DNA of 64,000 nucleotides from Psilocybe cubensis (Eukaryota): NCBI GenBank assembly GCA_017499595.2, contig CM039005.1, positions 3,100,001 to 3,164,000 of the forward strand, read 5' to 3'. Shown piece by piece: positions 62,079 to 64,000 of this stretch (position 1 is its first letter; each line of letters starts with the position of its first letter). The notes under the pieces were generated by a model. It saw only the letters and a program-made list of their open reading frames with translations, ran no database searches and was not told where the DNA came from. The position numbers and the translations under genes were made by a program.

Positions 62079-63027
62079 GATCCATAGGAGGATTCAGGGG
62101 GGGAGTACCTTAGTTTGATGCTAGCCCACAGAAACTAGGTAGTATCTAATGAAAATTAAAGAATACAAATACCTCGGGACACACAGAATACCTTGATAAG
62201 TTTTGAGTACTTCTTAACACTGTCATGAAGGTGGGATAACATAAACATCGCACATCAAAGGCGACATCGTCCAGAGTGAGATAAGAAATCAGATAACACT
62301 GGTTTTCCTTGAGCTAATATCTCCGAGATAATCACAACGCACAGTGACCGTGGGACATATTGCTGCGCACAGCGTTTCGGCATTCGGCACTTCGTGTTCA
62401 CGGCTTTTTGATCAACATCGATATCGACTTGAGACGGTAACAAGAGGGAAGTAAATGACAACGCCATGTATAAGATATATATATTACCAGTAACTTCAAT
62501 TATTTCAATTGGAAATCACAGTATGGGGACTGTGAAGGGACATGCGCATGGTGGACTTTGAGCACCATCTTGACTCTCACTCTCGCAAACGCGCCACCCC
62601 ATCACGCCCCATCAATCTCATTCGTGTCTTACTCGACGTCAAAGATGAATTTTACATTGTCAATGATGAACGCGGGAGTACCATTGTCCTTGTATGAACG
62701 ACATGGATATTGCTTATTCAGGGAAGATAGTGGCAGCAATGAGGGTGAATCAAAATTACAACCAAAATCAACGATGAAATAAAATAGGATAAAGAGGATG
62801 GGAGCGTGCGAGAGCAGTAGAGGGTATGTTATTCATCGACAAGGTACCTGAAGAGAAAGATGAAGTGATGAGGAGGGTGGAGCATAGCGCGGGGCTGTTG
62901 AACCTCGACGAGGACCAGAGCCAGCTCTTGATTCAACCGAACTGTTCACGCGCTCGCCTTGCCTCTGAAATTCCTCTCCGGCACCACACTGTGCTAGAAA
63001 TGCTAGAAATGGAATAAAATAAACACC

Positions 63028-64000
63028 TTATCTTGACTTGCAGAAAGCCCGGTAATAATGTTCTGGATTCTTGACTTTTGCATGCAAGATCGTGTCCGCG
63101 CGCACTGTCACATGTACAGCCTTATACACCCTATTGCACTTCACAAATGCATCGGAAAAGTAGGGGCACCATGTATCTTTCCAGTTTGGGTAGCACTGAA
63201 TCTCTCCAGGAAAGAATACAAGGCGTCGAATGAGCACGTCTGCCGTGATTATGTGAAGATTGCATAGTGGTTTTAGGGAAGATAGGTGCTTGTCCCATTG
63301 TGAGATTTCGTGTTTTTCTTGTATGGCGCTCTTGAGGTCATCCTCCGGTGAGCCGAAGGGAGGTGGAAAAGAGTTGAATAATGTTATTTTCAAAGTGAAT
63401 TTTTCGAGAAGCGGTGGTGGATCCTCGTGTTGGAAGAATCCGATGGGTGTTATTGGCGGTGTTTCTTTGTCTATTTTCCTCAAGTATGAGACGGTGAGCG
63501 CTTTTAGATGTTGTAATGAGTTGAAATGGATACGAGGTATTTTGGCCCCATCACCTGCTTCAAAATTTTGACATTCTCGTTAGTCACACACCGCACAGAA
63601 ATGATGTGTAGGACACTCACAGGGTAAGAGTTGTTGTGAAAATTGAATCGTTAAAGATTCTAATATTTTTCTGTTGTTTACTACACATGCGATGAGATCT
63701 GGAAAGCATTTGTATATAGCCAGGGTTGTCAGATGAGCAAACATATCCGGTGCCGGTGAGTACCGCCCAGATATAACCATTGCAATGTTATGAAATATCA
63801 ATTTGCTCTCATATACTCCAGTGATTGTCAAAGACTTTAGAGGAACGGGATTCAAATCAGAATCATAAACCCCACTGTTGAGTTTCCTGTCCAAGTAAAA
63901 GCCGTGTTCGATAGTTAGATGTTCAATGTTGGATCCGAGGATGATATCACACGGCAAACCTGAGCGGTCGTTCACGTAAAGGGCGTTGATGTACGATGTT
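63028..64000 (-). CDS. F-box/LRR-like family protein, copy 3 (3' part; 5' end beyond the window)
   Basis: LPCDIILGSNIEHL...LNPVPLKSLTI...HLTTLAI and QWDKHLSSL...WKDTW...FSDAFVKC parallel copies 1 and 2. Confidence 0.7.

Noticed and set aside
1..64000. tRNA or rRNA genes and secondary-metabolite core genes
   Set aside because: None recognised by eye; tRNAscan-SE or Infernal would be needed to exclude intron-containing tRNAs or small ncRNAs.

Overview
Eukaryotic DNA with many short GT-AG introns; the gene families point to a mushroom-forming basidiomycete (inference). The left ~24 kb is a nest of transposons. A young Ty3/Gypsy element (1588-13008; 1629-bp near-identical TA...CA LTRs, ACGT target duplication, gag and pol in frame across a single UGA-CUA) sits inside an exon of a transposon-associated gene, next to a second LTR of the same family. 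These are followed by three ~300-bp GC-rich repeats, a 5'-truncated Mutator-like transposase fused to a USP-like cysteine protease, a PHD finger and a Tudor-like module, and a non-autonomous MULE of the same type with a 9-bp TSD. The right ~40 kb is an accessory region of locally duplicated families. It holds an HsbA-like secreted protein, two MOA/PSL-type ricin-B chimerolectins whose protease triads appear inactivated, an intronless bacterial-type AA10 LPMO and a small Cys-rich secreted (Y3-like) protein. It also holds three multi-pass membrane proteins, three F-box-like genes, two paralogous disordered proteins and two MITEs. Together this looks like a candidate anti-fungivore or surface-interaction island (hypothesis). 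No rRNA, tRNA or CRISPR array was recognised. All family assignments come from motif recognition by eye, not database searches.
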